This document shows positions 62,963 to 64,000 of a stretch of 64,000 bases of DNA, in pieces. The stretch is taken from contig JAKAWT010000001.1 of NCBI GenBank assembly GCA_021816845.1, forward strand, positions 70,087 to 134,086. Direction: 5' to 3'. This DNA is from a bacterium. GTDB lineage: Bacteria; Patescibacteriota; Dojkabacteria; JAKAPS01; JAJZLI01. A program made the position numbers and the translations under genes. Under the pieces are notes generated by a model. The model saw nothing but the letters and a program-made list of their open reading frames with translations. It was not told the origin of the DNA and did not search any database. How positions within the stretch are numbered: the stretch's first letter is position 1; the number at the start of each line of letters is the position of its first letter.

Positions 62963-64000
62963 TTATGCAGGCTGAAACTGAGACCAGGGGATATTCCAAT
63001 CTCCTTCGCCGTTTTGTGCTTCATTTGCCTGAAGACTAGTACCTGAGATGATGACTACGTCACCTGGCTGGGAGAAGTTGTAGAACCATTGGGCATGATC
63101 AGGGTTTTGTTCAACACAGCCGAACGAAACGTTGTAGTGACCGTGATCATATACATCCCATGGAGCGCTGTGTATATAGTACCCATCTGTACTAATGGCA
63201 ACATCTAGGTACACGTTTTCAGCGTATATACCTGGAAATCCAATAGTTGCAGAGTTCATGAACACTACTGGCTCTTTGTAAAGGACCACCAATGTCCCAG
63301 AGATTGTTTGAAACCCCGACCTACCGAGACTCACAGGAAACGTGTAGAGAAGCTGATTTCCATTGTAGACCTGCATCTGATCAGTTAAAGCACTGATTTT
63401 AGTTAGATGCTGATTTACTACAGTAAATGAGCTTTGTACCTGTGAGGTTACAAGTCTCTGACCATTCAGTACTAAGCCATCAAGATTTACGGAGAGTGTT
63501 GCATTTTCGTTCAAAGGCCAGAAGTTTTCTGGTCTACCGTCCACCTCTGTCTGCGACCACCAATGCCACCCTACAGGATCTACGATAGATTCTGTAGTAT
63601 TCAGCCTAGATAGAATCTCCTGTTGCAAAGAGACTGGAATAGGGGTTGAAAATTGAACTACCCATGTTGCCCCCATACCCACCTGTTGACCCTTAGAAGG
63701 AGAAACTGTTATATTGACAGTCCCTGCTGGTAAAGGTTCAAGTGGAGTTTGGAAGGAGACATTTTTACTCAAAGTAAGTGCTGGTTCCCCACCACGTGCC
63801 TTAAGTGACAAGTCAAATTTAGTATCCCATGCCATCCACTGTACTGGAGTCCACTTATAAAGTTTCAACTTATTAGTGGAGTCTCCCTGTGAAGAAACCA
63901 GTTTTCCCTGGATGATTGTCCCAGACTGTGTCTTGACAACCAATGTCATAATACGAGCATTTTGTATTGCAATCCCTATTGTTGCATTTGGATTTACATA
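62963..64000 (-). CDS. L,D-transpeptidase (YkuD) with Ig-like domains, actinobacterial-type; 5' end lies outside the window
   Basis: RPENFWP, FPVSLG, YIHSAPW...NVSFGCV, PGDVV; frame stays open to 64000. Confidence 0.88.
   Translation of the reverse strand, partial: YVNPNATIGIAIQNARIMTLVVKTQSGTIIQGKLVSSQGDSTNKLKLYKWTPVQWMAWDTKFDLSLKARGGEPALTLSKNVSFQTPLEPLPAGTVNITVSPSKGQQVGMGATWVVQFSTPIPVSLQQEILSRLNTTESIVDPVGWHWWSQTEVDGRPENFWPLNENATLSVNLDGLVLNGQRLVTSQVQSSFTVVNQHLTKISALTDQMQVYNGNQLLYTFPVSLGRSGFQTISGTLVVLYKEPVVFMNSATIGFPGIYAENVYLDVAISTDGYYIHSAPWDVYDHGHYNVSFGCVEQNPDHAQWFYNFSQPGDVVIISGTSLQANEAQNGEGDWNIPWSQFQPA

Overview
This is a very AT-rich, gene-dense bacterial window in standard genetic code. 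Its features point to a Patescibacteria/CPR genome: mostly SD-less starts, short intergenic spacers and CPR-type hypothetical proteins. The taxonomy is inferred, not tested. Housekeeping content includes rpsF-ssb-rpsR, secDF, fmt, rny, archaeal-type aspS, gltX, infA-rpmJ-rpsMKD-rpoA-rplQ-rplM-rpsI, dnaG, ppa, a guaB-like gene, pcrA, lepA, rpsT, RNase P RNA, tRNA-Gln and tRNA-Ser. It also carries Ni-SOD (sodN/sodX), a complete SUF Fe-S locus, a type IV pilin and a higher-GC L,D-transpeptidase at the right edge. The standout is an 18-kb block at 29.7-47.4 kb. It holds a divergent F1-type ATPase operon (b-like, delta-like, alpha, gamma, beta, truncated epsilon) with no a or c subunit gene. Two paralogous genes bracket that operon. 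Each fuses an exported beta domain to a C-terminal subunit-c-like hairpin that has the RNP loop but no proton-binding carboxylate. Directly after comes an array of four secreted Ser/Thr-rich proteins sharing a WxL/Csu-like C-terminal domain ending ...Y-x-(A/L)-T-G-x-(F/Y), with three membrane-anchored chaperone-like partners. Separately, a ~15-bp repeat with a 12-bp palindromic core (GGATCnnGATCC) is dispersed through intergenic DNA, RNase P RNA and in-frame insertions in housekeeping proteins. All family assignments come from motif recognition by eye. No searches were run.
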